Shown here one piece after another: positions 36,390-46,875 of a DNA stretch of 64,000 nucleotides (its first letter is position 1; each line of letters starts with the position of its first letter). The notes under the pieces were generated by a model. That model was not told the origin of the DNA, made no database searches, and worked only from the letters and a program-made list of their open reading frames with translations. The stretch lies in the IMG/VR virus record IMGVR_UViG_3300036402_000303, positions 1 to 64,000 of that record. The stretch is one strand, 5' to 3'. Origin of the DNA: a virus. A program made the position numbers and the translations under genes.

Positions 36390-36435
36390 GGGTCCTTCCC
36401 GGTAACCGGAAGCGGACGCAGGGTTGAACCGAGCC
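36390..36435 (+). other. Lambda-like cos site (cosQ + cosN)
   Basis: GGGTCCT at 36390, 17-bp spacer, then GGACGCAGGGTTGAACCGAGCC, just upstream of terS. Confidence 0.6.
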
Positions 36436-36472
36436 GTAAAACTAGCGTCAGACCCCCAAAAGGTGTTCGCAG

Positions 36473-36958
36473 GTGCAGGGAATCAGCAGGCGCGAGTTTG
36501 CAAAGCGTGACGGATGCTCCGAAACGCTGGTGCGCAGAGGCCTTAAACAAGGGCGTTTGGTCGCTTACGACGACGGCACGATTGATCCGTCATTGGCCTG
36601 CACCCCGTGGCGCGAACGGGGTGCGAACAGTTCGCAGGGTTCGCAGCAGGATGAGGGTGGTGAGCTTGTAAGCTACGCCGAGGCGCAGCGTCGCAAGGAA
36701 AACTATCTAGCCCGGCTCCGACAACTCGAGTTCGAAATCAAATCGGGCAAGCTGGTCGACGCCGAGGCAGCACGGAAGGCCGTCTTCGAACTTTCGCGGC
36801 AGGACCGTGACAGCTGGGCGAACTGGCCGTCCCGCGTAGCGCCGCTGATCGCCGCTGAACTCGGGGTCGATCTCGTCAAGCTGGCGGTGATTTTGGAAAA
36901 GCATGTCAGAGACCAGCTCGCCGAACGAGCCCAGCCAACGTTACGAATGGCAGGCTGA
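36473..36958 (+). CDS. Terminase small subunit (Nu1-like)
   Basis: ISRREFA wHTH, G.LVD motif, position. Confidence 0.8.
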   Translation: MQGISRREFAKRDGCSETLVRRGLKQGRLVAYDDGTIDPSLACTPWRERGANSSQGSQQDEGGELVSYAEAQRRKENYLARLRQLEFEIKSGKLVDAEAARKAVFELSRQDRDSWANWPSRVAPLIAAELGVDLVKLAVILEKHVRDQLAERAQPTLRMAG

Positions 36959-38855
36959 AGTTCTGACGCGCATCGCTTGGTGCGATGGGCAACGACCGGA
37001 ACCTAGTCTTACGGTCAGCGAGTGGGCGGACGAAAACCGGTACCTGTCGCAGAAGGCGGCGAGCGAGCCGGGGCGGTGGCGTACTGAACGGACGCCGTAT
37101 CTTCGGGCGATCATGGATGCCTTGTCGGCGTCCTCGCCGGTGCAGCGGGTGGTATTCGAGAAGGGCGCGCAGATCGGCGCGACCGAGTCGGGGCTGAACT
37201 GGATCGGGTACGTCATCCACCAGGCGCCGGGCCCGATGCTGTCGGTGGCGCCGACGGTCGACATGGCCAAGCGCTATTCGAAGCAGCGCATCGCGCCAAT
37301 GATCGAGGAGAGCGCGGCGCTGCGGGATCTGGTCGCCGATGCGCGATCGAGGGACAGCGGCAACACGGTATTGGCTAAGGAGTTCGCCGGCGGCGTGCTC
37401 GTGATGACGGGCGCCAACAGCGCGGTCGGTCTCCGATCGATGCCGGCGCGGTATGTGTTCCTGGACGAGGTCGACGGTTACCCGGGTGATGTCGACGGGG
37501 AAGGCGACCCGGTTGCATTGGCCGAGGCGAGGACGCGAACGTTTCAGCGGCGCAAGATTTACATGGTCTCCACGCCGACGATCGCGGGCCGCTCACGGAT
37601 CGACAGGGAGTTTTCGAAGTCGGACCAGCGCCGGTTCTTTCTGCCGTGCCCGCATTGCGATGCCTATCAGACGCTGAAGTTCTCGCAGCTGAAATGGCCG
37701 AAGCAGGATCCGTTTAAAGCAACTTACTGGTGCGAAGAATGCGGCGCCGAGATCGGCGAGCAGCACAAGACGGAGATGCTTCGTCGCGGCGAGTGGCGGG
37801 CGACTGCGGAAGGCGACGGCCGCACGGTCGGGTTTCATCTCTCCAGCATGTACAGCCCGGTTGGCTGGATGTCCTGGGTGGAAATCGCACAACGCTGGGA
37901 AGCCGCACAGGGCGACCCGGAACTGTTGAAGGAGTTCATCAACACCGTTTTGGGTGAGGTGTGGCAGGCCAAGGGTGACGCCCCGGAATGGGACGTCGTC
38001 TACAACCGCCGCGAAACCTATCTCAGCGGCACGGTGCCGGCCGGCGGACTGGCGTTGTTCGCCGGTGTCGACGTTCAGAAGGACCGACTCGAAGTCGGCA
38101 TCTGGGCCTTCGGCCGCAACCGGGAGCGATGGCTAATCGCTCACGTAGTGTTGCCCGGCCAAACCAACCGGCCGGAAGTCTGGGCCGATCTGGCCAAGAT
38201 GTTTGACGAGCCATGGGAGCACGAGTCCGGCGCCCAGATGATGGTGAGAGATTGGGGCATCGATTCCGGAGCGTTCACGGCAGAGGTCTATGCGTTCGTC
38301 CGAAGCCATGGCGGCCGCGCCAACGTCCACGCGATCGACGGCCAGGACAAGTACACCGCCGCGTACCTCGGTGTCGGAAGCAAGGATGCGGACACAAAGG
38401 GCAAGAAACTTCGCCGTGGTCTGAAGACGATCAAGATCGGCGTCTCGTTTTGCAAACAGGAACTGGTCGGCCAGCTCGCGTTGCAACGCCCGGAGGAAGG
38501 TGCGTTGCCGGCGGGTTATGTCCATCTGCCCAGGGACATCACCGAGGACCAGGCCAAGCAGCTGACCGCGGAATCGCTGGTCACGCGCATGGTCGGCGGC
38601 CGGCAGCGACGCGAATGGCAGGTGATCGAAGGTCGCCGCAACGAAGTGCTCGACTGTGCGAACTACGCGCGCGGTATCGCCGCCCTTCGAGGGTGGGACC
38701 GATGGAAAGACCACCAGTGGCGGCAGCTAGAAGAATTGTTGTCGCTGGACGGTGCGCGAGTTGAGAAGCCTACAAACGAACCGTTGCCGCCAGCGAGATT
38801 GACGTCGCCGTCTGAAAAGAGGCGCGTGGTCCGAAGCGGTTACATGAACGGATGA
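36903..38855 (+). CDS. Terminase large subunit (lambda gpA family)
   Basis: KGAQIGATE, FLDEVD, STPT, GVDVQ, NEVLDC motifs. Confidence 0.95.
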   Translation: MSETSSPNEPSQRYEWQAEVLTRIAWCDGQRPEPSLTVSEWADENRYLSQKAASEPGRWRTERTPYLRAIMDALSASSPVQRVVFEKGAQIGATESGLNWIGYVIHQAPGPMLSVAPTVDMAKRYSKQRIAPMIEESAALRDLVADARSRDSGNTVLAKEFAGGVLVMTGANSAVGLRSMPARYVFLDEVDGYPGDVDGEGDPVALAEARTRTFQRRKIYMVSTPTIAGRSRIDREFSKSDQRRFFLPCPHCDAYQTLKFSQLKWPKQDPFKATYWCEECGAEIGEQHKTEMLRRGEWRATAEGDGRTVGFHLSSMYSPVGWMSWVEIAQRWEAAQGDPELLKEFINTVLGEVWQAKGDAPEWDVVYNRRETYLSGTVPAGGLALFAGVDVQKDRLEVGIWAFGRNRERWLIAHVVLPGQTNRPEVWADLAKMFDEPWEHESGAQMMVRDWGIDSGAFTAEVYAFVRSHGGRANVHAIDGQDKYTAAYLGVGSKDADTKGKKLRRGLKTIKIGVSFCKQELVGQLALQRPEEGALPAGYVHLPRDITEDQAKQLTAESLVTRMVGGRQRREWQVIEGRRNEVLDCANYARGIAALRGWDRWKDHQWRQLEELLSLDGARVEKPTNEPLPPARLTSPSEKRRVVRSGYMNG

Positions 38856-38859
38856 GCGA

Positions 38860-39075
38860 ATGACCCGTGAAGAGATCGAAGCGGCGATAGCTCAGATCGA
38901 AATGCAGCTGAACTACGGGATCTCGCGGTCCGATATCTCCGGCGTCGGCTCGACCGAGTGGGATATCGCAGCGCTCCGGAAGCGCCGCGGCGAACTTCAG
39001 GTGGCGCTGGCTGGTATGAACCCTGACAGGCCGATCGTGCGCAGTATTCGAACCTATTCGGACAAGGGTTTATGA
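38860..39075 (+). CDS. Head-tail joining protein (gpW-like)
   Basis: Size and position between terL and portal. Confidence 0.65.
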   Translation: MTREEIEAAIAQIEMQLNYGISRSDISGVGSTEWDIAALRKRRGELQVALAGMNPDRPIVRSIRTYSDKGL

Positions 39076-40598
39076 CTGTGAAGAAGCAGGTAAAACGTAA
39101 GCCTCTGCCCACTTCGAAGGCAAAGGCTTCGAAGGCCACGGCCCTGATGCCGATCGGGTACGAGGCGTCCCGCCTCGGTCGACGTTTGAAAACATGGAAT
39201 GCCGAGCGTCGCAACATCAACGCCCTCCTGCAGTCCGGCGGTGAGCTTTTGCGAGCGCGGGCTCGGCAACTTTGCCGTGAGAACCCTTATGCAGCGAATG
39301 CGTGTGAGGAATTTGTTGCCTCCACCGTGGGAACCGGAATCAAGCCGTCCTCTTTAGTTGGTGATCGAAAACGAAAAGCCGAAATTCAGAAGGCATGGCT
39401 GCGATGGACTGACGAAGCTGACGCGGACGGCCTGACCGACTTCTATGGCTTACAGGCGCTCGCCGCCCGCGCCATGTTTGAAGCGGGAGAATGCTTTATC
39501 CGGTTTCGGCCGCGCCGCGTTGAGGATGGCTTATCGGTCCCCCTCCAGCTCCAGCTTCTGGAGTCGGAGCACTTGCCGTTCGACCACAACGAGGACACCA
39601 AGTACGGCAACACGATCCGCTCCGGTATCGAGTTCGACAAAATCGGTCGTCGCGTGTCCTATCAATTTCTTCGCAATCACCCGGGCGACAATATCGTCGG
39701 GCTCGGCGGCAACCTCGATAAGGCCATCGTTCCCGCGTCCGAGGTGTTGCATCTCTACAAGCCTTTACGGCCCGGCCAAATCCGCGGTCAGCCGGGCCTC
39801 ACGCCCGGGATGGTGCGGCTTTATTTGCTCGATCAGTATGACGACGCCGAACTCGACCGTAAGCGCGTGGCTGCGATGTTTGCGGGTTTCATCACGAAGC
39901 CAAGGGCAGAAGACGATGGACCGGTCCCAACTGAATCGACTGACGTGCTCGGCGCGGCAGTAGCAGGCCTGGAGCCGGGCACGCTGCAGGTGTTGCTCGA
40001 AGGCGAGGACATCAAGTTTTCTAACCCGGCCGAGGTTGGTGGATCCTACGAGGCCTTCCAGTGGCGGACGCTGCTTTCGTGCTGTGCAGCAGTGGGCATT
40101 CCTTATACGGCGATGACCGGGGACACGTCGAAGGCAAACTACTCCAGCGAGCGGTCCGCGCAGGTCGTATTTCGCCGGCGCGTCGAACAGTTCCAACACA
40201 TGACCCTCGTTTTTCAGATGTGTCGGCCGGTCTGGTTGCGCTGGATCGAAACAGCGGTGCTGTCGGGCGCTCTAAGCTTCAATGCCCGCGAGTTCAATCG
40301 CAATCGGGTTGAGTTGTCAGCCGCCAAATGGATTCCCTCCAAGTGGGAATGGGTCGATCCGAAGAAGGACGCCGAGGCCGAGAAAATCCTTGTCGACAAT
40401 ATGTGGAAGGCCGACTCCGACGTGATCGAAGCAACCGGTTACGATCCGGACGAGGTCTACGAACGAATTGCAGCGGACAAGGAACTCCGCGCCGACCGTG
40501 GCCTGACCAAGACGGTGCTGCCCGGCACTCCCGTGCCTGATGCTGCTCCGAGCGACGATACGGTCCCGGACGATAAGCGGTCCCAGGACGCTGCATAG
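39072..40598 (+). CDS. Portal protein, lambda family
   Basis: RPGQIRG, ANYSS.R, WVDPKKD motifs. Confidence 0.95.
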   Translation: MTVKKQVKRKPLPTSKAKASKATALMPIGYEASRLGRRLKTWNAERRNINALLQSGGELLRARARQLCRENPYAANACEEFVASTVGTGIKPSSLVGDRKRKAEIQKAWLRWTDEADADGLTDFYGLQALAARAMFEAGECFIRFRPRRVEDGLSVPLQLQLLESEHLPFDHNEDTKYGNTIRSGIEFDKIGRRVSYQFLRNHPGDNIVGLGGNLDKAIVPASEVLHLYKPLRPGQIRGQPGLTPGMVRLYLLDQYDDAELDRKRVAAMFAGFITKPRAEDDGPVPTESTDVLGAAVAGLEPGTLQVLLEGEDIKFSNPAEVGGSYEAFQWRTLLSCCAAVGIPYTAMTGDTSKANYSSERSAQVVFRRRVEQFQHMTLVFQMCRPVWLRWIETAVLSGALSFNAREFNRNRVELSAAKWIPSKWEWVDPKKDAEAEKILVDNMWKADSDVIEATGYDPDEVYERIAADKELRADRGLTKTVLPGTPVPDAAPSDDTVPDDKRSQDAA

Positions 40599-40607
40599 GA
40601 ATTAGCA

Positions 40608-41645
40608 ATGTCAGTTTTGGTGAACGGAAACGAGATCGTGCTCTCGGGCACGGTCGGCGACCTTTATTTCGAGGATTGCTTCACGGCGTCTGACGTCATC
40701 GTGGCGTTGGCGCAAGTAGGCGATGCAACCGACGTGACGATCCGACTGAACAGCGGCGGCGGCATAGCGACCGAGGGCTCCGCGATCCATTCGGCTATCG
40801 CGCGGCATTCGGGGAGGAAGACGATCATCGTCGAAGGCATTGCCGCATCGGCTGCCTCGGCAGTCGCTATGGCGGCCGACGAACTCGTCATGTCGCTCGG
40901 CGCTATCATGATGATTCACGATCCCAGCGACTTCACCTTCGGAACAGCTAAGGATCATCAGCTATCGATCGATATGCTGACGTCGCTCGGCGACGCCATG
41001 GCGTCTATTTACTCCAAGAAGTCCGGTCGTTCGCAAGCCAAATGCCGCGCCGATATGGAAGCGGAAATCTGGCTGACCGCGGATGAGGCTGTGAGGCTGG
41101 GCTATGCTGATAAGGCACTCGGCTCCGCCAACGACAACGAACCGACGGCTTTTAATTACCGAACTTACAAGAATCCTCCCGAGCGCATCGTTGCGCTCGC
41201 GGATGCCCGCGCGTGGGCCAAGCGCGCACCGAAGGCGGCGTTGTCCGCCGCCATTCTCAACACTCAAGAGGAGCCTTCCATGGCTAAAGACCCGGCGGAC
41301 CAAACCGCACCCGCAACTACCGATGCACCTGCCGCAACGGCGGCAACAGCGACCAACGTCGTCGACCTCGACGGCGCTCGAACCCAGGGCCGCAATGAAG
41401 CTTTGGCTTATATGCGCGAGATCAATGAAATCTGCGCCCTGGCCGGCCTGCCGGAAAAGGCTCAGGCCTTCATCGAGAAGGATGCGAAGCCTGTCGACGT
41501 CCGCAAGGAACTGCTGGAAGCGCGGGCGTCTGCCGATGCCGCGCGCGCTATCAGCAACAGCCCGCCCACCAACCAGAGCCAGAAGCCAACCGCAAAGGTC
41601 GACCTCGTCGCCGACATGAAGCGTCGGCACGGCATCACCGCTTAA
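40608..41645 (+). CDS. ClpP-like head maturation protease with scaffold tail
   Basis: NSGGG, AASAAS, MMIHDP, E.WLTA.EA motifs. Confidence 0.9.
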   Translation: MSVLVNGNEIVLSGTVGDLYFEDCFTASDVIVALAQVGDATDVTIRLNSGGGIATEGSAIHSAIARHSGRKTIIVEGIAASAASAVAMAADELVMSLGAIMMIHDPSDFTFGTAKDHQLSIDMLTSLGDAMASIYSKKSGRSQAKCRADMEAEIWLTADEAVRLGYADKALGSANDNEPTAFNYRTYKNPPERIVALADARAWAKRAPKAALSAAILNTQEEPSMAKDPADQTAPATTDAPAATAATATNVVDLDGARTQGRNEALAYMREINEICALAGLPEKAQAFIEKDAKPVDVRKELLEARASADAARAISNSPPTNQSQKPTAKVDLVADMKRRHGITA

Positions 41646-41657
41646 GGAGCAACGGAA

Positions 41658-42332
41658 ATGGCATTGACCACTCTCTCCTACAAGACGGACGTTGACGTCG
41701 TGAAGACGGAAGGTCCGAACCGCATCTCTCGTGACGAGGGCATCCTTGCCAGCGGCGCGTCCATCGCGGTATCCATCCCGGGTCTCGTGGTTGGCCGGAT
41801 TGCCGTCGGCGCGGCGACCCCGGCCGCGAAATCGGGTGGCAACACCGGCAACGGCGTCCTGACCATGGATGGTACCACGCCGGTGCTCGCCGGTGCGAAG
41901 CCGGGCGTTTACACCGCCCGTCTCATCACGGCCGCCGCCAACGGTGGCACCTTCCGCGTCATCGACCCTGACGGCTTCGTGCTGGGCGATGTTGCCGTCG
42001 GCGCCACGTTCTCCAACGACATCAAGTTCGCGGTCGCCGATGGCGCCACGGACTTCGTGGTCGGGGATGGTTTCGACATCACCATCGCCACTGGCTCCGG
42101 CAAATATGCCCCGCTCAATCTCGGCGCCAACAATGGCAGCGAGAAACCAGTGGCGATCCTGCTCGAGACGGTCGACGCATCGGCCGCCGACCAGCGTGTC
42201 GTGCTGCTGGCGCGCCATGCCGAAGTTGCCCTTCAGGCCCTTGTCTGGCCCGTCGGCATCACCACCACCCAGAAAGCCGCGGCGCTAGCCGCTCTCAACA
42301 ACCAGGGCATTGTCGCCCGTATGGGAGTTTAA
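41658..42332 (+). CDS. Head decoration protein (gpD-like with inserted domain)
   Basis: SRD...G...AIL motifs; position. Confidence 0.8.
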   Translation: MALTTLSYKTDVDVVKTEGPNRISRDEGILASGASIAVSIPGLVVGRIAVGAATPAAKSGGNTGNGVLTMDGTTPVLAGAKPGVYTARLITAAANGGTFRVIDPDGFVLGDVAVGATFSNDIKFAVADGATDFVVGDGFDITIATGSGKYAPLNLGANNGSEKPVAILLETVDASAADQRVVLLARHAEVALQALVWPVGITTTQKAAALAALNNQGIVARMGV

Positions 42333-42335
42333 TCC

Positions 42336-43379
42336 ATGGCTACGCCGCTCGATCTGCTGAATGCTCCCGAGTTTGCCGATGATCGGCTGACCGACAGCAT
42401 CAATATCCCGCCCTACGTCACCGGCCGGCCGGCCCAGCTCGGCATCTTCCGGGACACGCCCATTCACACGACCTACGTGAAAATGGGCATCTCCGGCGAG
42501 GAAATCACTATCATTCCGTCGCGCGAACGCGGCGGACCGGCGAACAAGAACATGCGGAACGACCGTCAGACGACGTATTTCGAGATTCCGCATTTTCCGC
42601 TGGATGACGCGATCTCGCCGGCTGACATGCAGAACCTCACCGCCTTCGGTGATGGTTATGTGATGCAGACTCTCGCCAACGTCGTGAACGAAAAGCTGAC
42701 GACGATGCGGTCGAAGCACGACGCAACCCACAATCATCTCGACTGGGGTGCGTTGAATGGCCTCGTGATCGACGCTGCCGGGGTTCAGTTGATGGACCTC
42801 TACAGTCAGTTCGACCTGACTCAAGAGAGCGTCAACTTCGCCCTCGGCACGCCAAGCACTGACGTTGCCGGCAAGAACCGCGCCATCAAGTCGTCGATCC
42901 GGAAGCAGTTGCGTGGCGCGCCGTCGAATGGCGTCCGCGTATTCGCCAGCCCGGAATGGTTCGACGCCTATGTCAACCACGCCACGGTCAAGGACGCCTA
43001 CAAGTATTACTCGACCACGGGCAACCAGCAAAACCCGGCCCGTGACGACATCACCGACGGTTTCACGCACGCCGGCCTCACGCTTGAGCGCATCGACGAG
43101 GAGTTCAGCTACCGCCAGGAAAATGGAACGTTCCTGACGAAGCTGGCTGTCCCCGCCGGCGAAGCTATCGCGGTTCCGCTCGGAACGCCGTACTTCAAGC
43201 GTTATGTGGCGCCGCCGGACACCATCCAGGACGCCAATACCGCGCCGGCGCCCGGATCGAAGATCTTCGTGTCAACGCACGACCTGCCTCACGGTAAGGG
43301 CCGCGACGTCCACAGCGAGAGCAATGTGCTGCCGATCTGCCAGCGTCCGCAGATCATCATCCGGCTGACCAACACTTAA
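42336..43379 (+). CDS. Major capsid protein (lambda gpE family)
   Basis: IPHF, SESNVLPIC.RP motifs. Confidence 0.9.
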   Translation: MATPLDLLNAPEFADDRLTDSINIPPYVTGRPAQLGIFRDTPIHTTYVKMGISGEEITIIPSRERGGPANKNMRNDRQTTYFEIPHFPLDDAISPADMQNLTAFGDGYVMQTLANVVNEKLTTMRSKHDATHNHLDWGALNGLVIDAAGVQLMDLYSQFDLTQESVNFALGTPSTDVAGKNRAIKSSIRKQLRGAPSNGVRVFASPEWFDAYVNHATVKDAYKYYSTTGNQQNPARDDITDGFTHAGLTLERIDEEFSYRQENGTFLTKLAVPAGEAIAVPLGTPYFKRYVAPPDTIQDANTAPAPGSKIFVSTHDLPHGKGRDVHSESNVLPICQRPQIIIRLTNT

Positions 43380-43392
43380 GAGGAGAACAGAC

Positions 43393-43611
43393 ATGCAGAT
43401 CCGCTCATTGAAGTCTTTCTCCTACCAGGTAGGAGACGGCAACGTTCGTGTTCCGCGCGGCCTTTCGGTTAATCTTCCCGACGATGCTGCCAAGGCCGCG
43501 ATTGCTGCGGGAGAGGCCGTGGCCGTTGGCGATCAACGCCCGGCGCCGTTGACGAAGGTGGATGTTGCCGACGACAAGAAGCCGGTAGAGCGCAAGCACG
43601 CGAAGGTGTGA
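43393..43611 (+). CDS. Small head-associated protein
   Basis: AGGAG RBS, position. Confidence 0.6.
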   Translation: MQIRSLKSFSYQVGDGNVRVPRGLSVNLPDDAAKAAIAAGEAVAVGDQRPAPLTKVDVADDKKPVERKHAKV

Positions 43612-43952
43612 TGCTTCGGATGACTCCCGAGTTCCTCCAATCCACCTTTGCCATGGCGGCGAAGCTCGAGATCGGCATGAAAGGGGAGATGGTGACCTTT
43701 CGCCGTCTCCCATCCACCGACGTCACTGTGCGCGCCAAGGTGTCAGGCTACAAACCCGACGAACTCGGCGGCGGAATACAGCAGGGCGACCGCAAGATCC
43801 TCGTCAACGCCAGTGACATTCCGTTCGATCCTGCACTGAAGCGCGGTGACAAGGCCATCGCTGTTGCGGACGGCCGGCTTCTGAACATCGAGATCGTCGA
43901 CTCCGCCTCGATGCGGGCGGCCGGCGTGCTCATGATTACGGCCCGCGGCTGA
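43608..43952 (+). CDS. Head-tail adaptor
   Basis: Position; IQQGDRKI motif. Confidence 0.65.
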   Translation: MMLRMTPEFLQSTFAMAAKLEIGMKGEMVTFRRLPSTDVTVRAKVSGYKPDELGGGIQQGDRKILVNASDIPFDPALKRGDKAIAVADGRLLNIEIVDSASMRAAGVLMITARG

Positions 43953-44551
43953 TGGCGGTGCGAACCAAGATCGAGCGTATCGATACCGACATTGCGCTGT
44001 TCATGGAGGATGTCTCACCGGCAGCGCAGAGTGAGGCCCTCGCGGACTTCGCGGAGGATCAGCTAGCCCGTGCGCTCGAAGGCAATCGGTCGGCCATCGG
44101 TGCTGAACCGGCATTCGACACATTCGTCGATGGCCGAAGAGATGCCGCACTGACGGACGTGCGCCCGGATGGGTCGATCGTCTTCGAATTTCATATTCTG
44201 TCGGACGTCATCGTCTGGATCGATGGGATGCTGATCGAGTTCTCTCCAGTCAGGACCGGACGGTATCAACGGTCTCACGTCCTGTTCGTCGATGGCGCCC
44301 CCGTCGATCCGCAAGGTGTCATTCCGGACGGAAAAGAGTTCGTTCTGCTCAATTTACAGCCCTACGCTGAGGAAATCGAAAACGATCTCTCGAAACAGGC
44401 GCCGGATGGCGTGTTTCAGGCCGTCGCGGTGCTTGCCAATGAGAAGTTCGGGCAGATCGCGGCCGTCGAGTTCGGCTACCGCGACGCTCCCGCAAATGCG
44501 CCGCGCGGCGACAATAATCGGCGCCCGGCTATCGTCATAAAGGCGCGCTGA
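43952..44551 (+). CDS. Neck/tail-completion protein
   Basis: SPVRTGRY...N..PYA motif. Confidence 0.65.
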   Translation: MAVRTKIERIDTDIALFMEDVSPAAQSEALADFAEDQLARALEGNRSAIGAEPAFDTFVDGRRDAALTDVRPDGSIVFEFHILSDVIVWIDGMLIEFSPVRTGRYQRSHVLFVDGAPVDPQGVIPDGKEFVLLNLQPYAEEIENDLSKQAPDGVFQAVAVLANEKFGQIAAVEFGYRDAPANAPRGDNNRRPAIVIKAR

Positions 44552-44958
44552 TGGCCAGCAAGGAAGTGGTCGACGCCGTCAAGAACCGGCTCTCGGGATG
44601 GACCGATCTCCCGGTCGTGCATCCTAACGAGACGGTCGAACCTCCAATCGACGGCTCGCCCTATGTGCGGGTGGAATATCCCGTTTCCCGGTCAGAGCAG
44701 GCCTCGGTCGGATCGCCCGGTTCGAACTTCTATCGCGAGGAGGGCGCTTTTCGCCTCGTCATATATTCGGCCCGGGGAATCGATGTCGCCGCGGCGCTGG
44801 CTACTGCCGGGAGCCTCGCCGCGCTTTTCCGCGGCAAGTTCTTTGATGGCGTGCATACGTTCGCGCCATCGCCACCGGCGACCAACGACGGGTCAGAGAA
44901 CGGGAACTATTACGTCCTGGCCGTGGCGGTGCCCTACCAGTTCGACACTCTCGGCTAA
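44551..44958 (+). CDS. Tail terminator-like protein
   Basis: Position before tail tube; HPN...PP...YVR, REEG. Confidence 0.7.
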   Translation: MASKEVVDAVKNRLSGWTDLPVVHPNETVEPPIDGSPYVRVEYPVSRSEQASVGSPGSNFYREEGAFRLVIYSARGIDVAAALATAGSLAALFRGKFFDGVHTFAPSPPATNDGSENGNYYVLAVAVPYQFDTLG

Positions 44959-44988
44959 CGCAACCCACATTCATCACGGAGAAACATC

Positions 44989-45912
44989 ATGGCCATTGCA
45001 TCGGGCAGCGGACGGCGCATCGCGTACATCGCCGAAGCCACCTATGGGGCGACACCGGCAACGCCCACGTTCAAGGTGCTGCGAGTCACGGGCGGGGGTC
45101 CGCGCACCACCAAGGCGACCGACACTAGCAAGGAAATCCGCCAGGACCGCAATGTCTCCGACGAAATGCAACTCGGCCAAGATGTCGCCGGTGACTATGA
45201 CTTCGAGCTCACCTACGGCACCTTCGACGACATGCTCGAAGCCGTGATGCAGGGCGCTTGGGCCACCAACGTGCTGAAAAACGGCGTCACGCCGAAGTCG
45301 TTCACCTTCGAGGAAACCCTCGAGATGGGCGCGACCGACAGTTTCAGCCGGTTCACGGGCATCATGGCAAATTCGATGAGCCTCGCGATCGCGGCGCGCG
45401 CCGTCGTCACCGGCTCCTTGTCGCTGATGGGGCAGAAGGAGCTGCTGGACACGGCAATCATCACCGACGCGACGTATACCGCGGCGAACACGGAGCCGGT
45501 ATGGACGTCATCCGCCAGCGTGGCCTCGCTCTCGGTCCTGGGCGGGACGCCAAAGGTGCGCTCGCTCAATCTGGAACTGAACAACAACCTGCGGACCCGG
45601 ACTTCCGTCGGCAGCCTCTATTCGGAGCAGTTCGGCTCCGGCTCATTCGACGTGACGGGGACGGCCGAAATTTATTTCGAGAGCAACGCGCTCTATCAAT
45701 CCGTGCTCGACCACGGCGGCGGTGCGCTGTCCTTCACGATCGGCACCACGACGCTGAAGAAATACACTTTCCTGATGCCGAAGATCATTCTCGGCAACGG
45801 CGAGCGGCGTCCAGGCGGCAATGACGACGATGTCATGGTCTCGCTGCCGTTCCGCGCCGTGTACGACGCCACCGAGGCTTGCAGTCTCAAGATCACCCGC
45901 GCCGTCGCCTGA
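44989..45912 (+). CDS. Major tail tube protein
   Basis: E.TYG.TP.TP, SKEIR.DR motifs. Confidence 0.85.
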   Translation: MAIASGSGRRIAYIAEATYGATPATPTFKVLRVTGGGPRTTKATDTSKEIRQDRNVSDEMQLGQDVAGDYDFELTYGTFDDMLEAVMQGAWATNVLKNGVTPKSFTFEETLEMGATDSFSRFTGIMANSMSLAIAARAVVTGSLSLMGQKELLDTAIITDATYTAANTEPVWTSSASVASLSVLGGTPKVRSLNLELNNNLRTRTSVGSLYSEQFGSGSFDVTGTAEIYFESNALYQSVLDHGGGALSFTIGTTTLKKYTFLMPKIILGNGERRPGGNDDDVMVSLPFRAVYDATEACSLKITRAVA

Positions 45913-45947
45913 TCCGCGCGGTCCGCATTCCTCAGGGAGCAGCGTTC

Positions 45948-46130
45948 ATGTCGATTAAAATCACCCAGAATTTTACCGGCTATCCGGACGGCAAGAAGCG
46001 GCGTGACTTCACCGTCGGCGAAACGCCGTCCGATCTGCCCGAAGCCTACGCCGAGTTGCTGGTCACCAAGGGTCATGCAGTTCGTGCCGATGGCGAAACA
46101 CGTCCCTCGCGAAAGGAAGCCAGCAAGTGA
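45948..46130 (+). CDS. Small hypothetical protein
   Basis: GGGAG RBS. Confidence 0.6.
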   Translation: MSIKITQNFTGYPDGKKRRDFTVGETPSDLPEAYAELLVTKGHAVRADGETRPSRKEASK

Positions 46131-46875
46131 AGCTCTCTGAACTGAAGGTTAACTCCGCGCGCGCCGAGAAGGGCGCCTGGGTCGGCGATATCCCGGAAAT
46201 GCCGGGCGTGCGCTTCAAGGTCCGCGGCTTCAACAATGCCGACGACAAGAAGATCGTCACCCGCGAGATGGAGAAGATTCCTGCGCGCCGGCGGCGCCGC
46301 GGCCGGATCAACGATGACGAACAGAAGGCGATCCTCAACATTCGCATTAAGGAGTGCCTATTGACGGACTGGGACGGCCTGATCGGCGACAACGATCAGC
46401 CGGTCCCGTTCTCCGCCGAGATGCTCGACACGTTTCTGACGGATCCGGATTACGCAAAGCTGCGCGATGGCATCGTCTGGGCGATCAGCATAGTCGCTGA
46501 GGACGACGCCGAAGCCAACGAGGCCGACGCAAAAAACTGACCGAGGCCCTCGTCTGGCACCTCAAGTGGGGCGACAAGATCGCCTGGCTTGAGGATCTGG
46601 CCGAGGAGGAGGGCCGCGAACTGAAGGCGCTGGCCGACCGACCTGAGGTCGACGAACACCTGGAATGGGTCTGGCAAGCGTTCTGGGATCTTTGCAGCGA
46701 TCGGCATGTCGGCTTCGGCGAAGGCCCGATCCAGTGGACTTCAATCGACGCCTACGCCCGCAGGCACCGCCTGCGTGATGACCGGTTCGATCGCCTGCTG
46801 TTCCTTTTGAGACAGATGGACCGAGCGTATCTCGGCGCGCGGGCTACACCCACCAAAGAGAAGCAAACGCGATAA
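46127..46875 (+). CDS. Tail assembly chaperone G (46127-46540) and -1 frameshift product GT
   Basis: Slippery A AAA AAC at 46531-46537; -1 frame open (WQAFWDL..DR...PI.W) to TAA overlapping tape measure ATG. Confidence 0.85.
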
